From contig OZ024740.1 of the NCBI GenBank assembly GCA_964016885.1, positions 47,740,001 through 47,804,000 on the forward strand: a stretch of 64,000 nucleotides of DNA, given 5' to 3'. This DNA comes from Eledone cirrhosa. Taxonomy: Eukaryota. The notes under the pieces were generated by a model. The model was not told the DNA's origin. It searched no databases and worked only from the letters and a program-made list of their open reading frames with translations. The translations under genes and the position numbers were made by a program. Positions 61,807 through 64,000 of this stretch are shown one piece after another (position 1 is the first letter of the stretch; every line of letters begins with the position of its first letter).

Positions 61807-62131
61807 TACTTTGGGAGGGTCATGTTGCCAATAAGAAACACACGCACCAGTTGCTTTCACTTCAATTTATTATAAATTAAATTTATAAATTTAGGAATTT
61901 ATAAATAAAGAAGATGGCGTAGGACAGAACAAAGGAGAGGCACAAAAACAAAGAAAAGAATCCCCAGTCACTGAAGAGGTCACAGAATGTGTGACGAAAG
62001 AACTTTGACAATATATGAACAATCATCTGGTTGTGGAACCAACCAACCAACCGGAAATTTATAATAAATTGAAGTAAAAGTAACTGGTGCGTGTGTTTCT
62101 TATTGGCAACATGACCCTCCCAAAGTATAAC
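61803..62131. mobile_element. Element with inverted repeats of about 75 bp enclosing a hammerhead motif (Penelope-type terminal repeat or MITE)
   Basis: 61803-61878 is the reverse complement of 62056-62131 with about 2 mismatches. Confidence 0.75.
61967..62009 (+). ncRNA. Minimal type I hammerhead ribozyme-like motif
   Basis: Stem I GTCA/TGAC, core CTGAAGA(G), perfect stem II GTCACA/TGTGAC, GAAA, minimal stem III G-AA-C, then UU. Confidence 0.65.
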
Positions 62132-62184
62132 AATATCGGTTTCAACACACGTTTTCAGATAAAGAATCTTGCTAAACAAATTCA

Positions 62185-62261
<77 letters not shown>

Positions 62262-62523
62262 ATATATATATATACAATATATATATATATATTCAATATA
62301 TATATATATATATATATATACAATATATTATTCTGGTTGGAATCTCCTGCATTTTTTCAGGGTATGTCAATATTTATTTATAAAACTAACCTATATTATA
62401 TTTTATCTCATGAAAGAGCACCATAGTTTGCCTTGGTGGCCCTTGAAATATGTATAATGAAATAAATATGGTTTTATAAATATAGTTTCCATTTGTTAAT
62501 ATATTGTGTATATATATATATAT

Positions 62524-64000
62524 ATCATCATCACCGTTTTACGTCCGTTCTTCCACGCTAGCATGGGTTAGACGGGTTGTCCTGTTGTGGGCAGTGTCTG
62601 GTCGGCTGACCATGCCTTGCTCATACAGGAACTGATCTGGCTTGATTTCTACAGCTGGATGCCCTTCCTAACACCAACCTCATTTACAGTGAGTGCTGGG
62701 TGCTTTTTCGTGGCGCCTACACGTCCACTTTACAGTGTGGGCTGGGTGCTTTTTTGCCGTGGCACCTCCACGACCACCTTGCGGTGGGGGGTGTGGGGGC
62801 ATATTGTTTATATGCTTCAGCATGTACCCATGGGAGGTCGGGTACCCTGTATTACTGCCTGACGCCAGAAGTCACGGTCGTGTGTCATTGACTTTGAGAG
62901 GTGTAGTTGGGTAAGGTCGGCTTTTATCACCTCATCCCAAGTCATCTTGGGTCTCCCCACTCCGCGGTTTCCATCAACTTCTAGTGCTCTGCACCTTTTT
63001 ATGCAGCTGTCATCCTTCATACGCATCACATGTCCATACCAGCGTAACCGCCTCTCCTGCACGCAACATTTGATTCCTCTTATGCTCAGTTTCTCTCTCA
63101 ATTCCTTTATGCTTTGTCGTTCACGTATATTACTGTTACACATCCATCGGAGCATGCAGGCTTCGTTTCTCTCTAATCTACGTAAGTCTTCCACCTTCAG
63201 CGCCCAGGTCTCACTACCATGCAACATCGCTGTTCGGATACACGCATCATACAGTCTGCCTTTCATTCTGAGGGAGAAGCCTTTTGCAGCTAGCAGTGGT
63301 AGTAGTTCCCTAAACTTCTTCCATCCCGTTCTTACCCTAGTTATTGTACTTTCTGAGCACCCACCTCCGTTGCTAATTCGGTCACCTAGGTAGCAGAAGC
63401 TGTCTACTGTTTCTACAGGGCCCTCCCAGAGATTGGTGGTACTTGTTTCCTGTGGCTGTTTGCTTTCTGTTTCAGCACAGCTGCTGCATGTGAATCCTAC
63501 ATTCTTAATTAAGCTTCCTGAGATCCCGCTACATCTCTTGTGTACCCATTGTTTGCATTTGGGGCAGAGAATGGAGTTCCTACCTACACCTTTCCTACAT
63601 ACTGAGAAAGGCCATTTCCCTGAGGGGATCTGGGTTCTGTTCTCTCGTCTACTTACAAGGACCTTAGTCTTTGTCATGTTGACTTTGAGGCCCTTTCTCT
63701 CTAGTCCCTGCTTCCAGGTTTGGAATTTATTCTCTAGTTCTACCATAGATTCAGCTATGAGTGCGAGGTCATCAGCATACAGGAGTTCCCATGGGCATCC
63801 GGTCTTAAACTCCTCCGTTATTGCCTGCAGGACTATGATGAACAGGAGAGGGCTAAGAACAGAGCCCTGGTGGACCCCAACCTGTACGCCAAATTCCTCG
63901 CTATACTCATTGCTAATCCTAACTTTGCTGACTGCTCCCCTATACATGGCTTGTACTGCTTTCACAAGCCATTCATCTACTCCTAGTTTTCTAAGAGCCC
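62524..64000 (-). mobile_element. RTE-clade LINE (PHD-RT family), continues beyond the window
   Basis: 382-aa frame with GVHQGSVLSPLLF, YADD, PHD-like finger (first Cys replaced by Phe), CYLG, LRWYGHV, GRPKMTW; 3' UTR and (CAT)n tail abut (TA)n. Confidence 0.95.

Overview
AT-rich, repeat-dense eukaryotic (animal) genomic DNA with spliceosomal GT-AG introns. The repeat families and microsatellite load look like an octopus/coleoid cephalopod genome, which is an inference. Two convergent protein-coding genes can be spliced by hand. TMEM17 (+, 4 exons, 9807-25440, 205 aa) is a ciliary transition-zone protein with an RFX X-box and forkhead site in its promoter. A PAGR1/PA1 orthologue (-, 4 exons, 59551-36280, about 1869 aa) has the short conserved PAGR1 core followed by an approximately 1,690-aa low-complexity tail in one 5.1-kb exon (polyQ, SP repeats, PPxY and LxxLL motifs). 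The rest is transposon debris: an RTE-clade LINE family with a PHD finger inside its reverse transcriptase and a partner tRNA-derived SINE sharing its 3' tail, CRE-like and Penelope-like remnants, two hammerhead-ribozyme-like motifs, piggyBac/Tigger/mariner MITEs, a nested foldback element, a 140-bp palindrome and a 19 x 44-bp minisatellite. Nothing prokaryotic (no CRISPR, no operons). All homology calls are from motif recognition by eye, not database searches; transposon boundaries are approximate.
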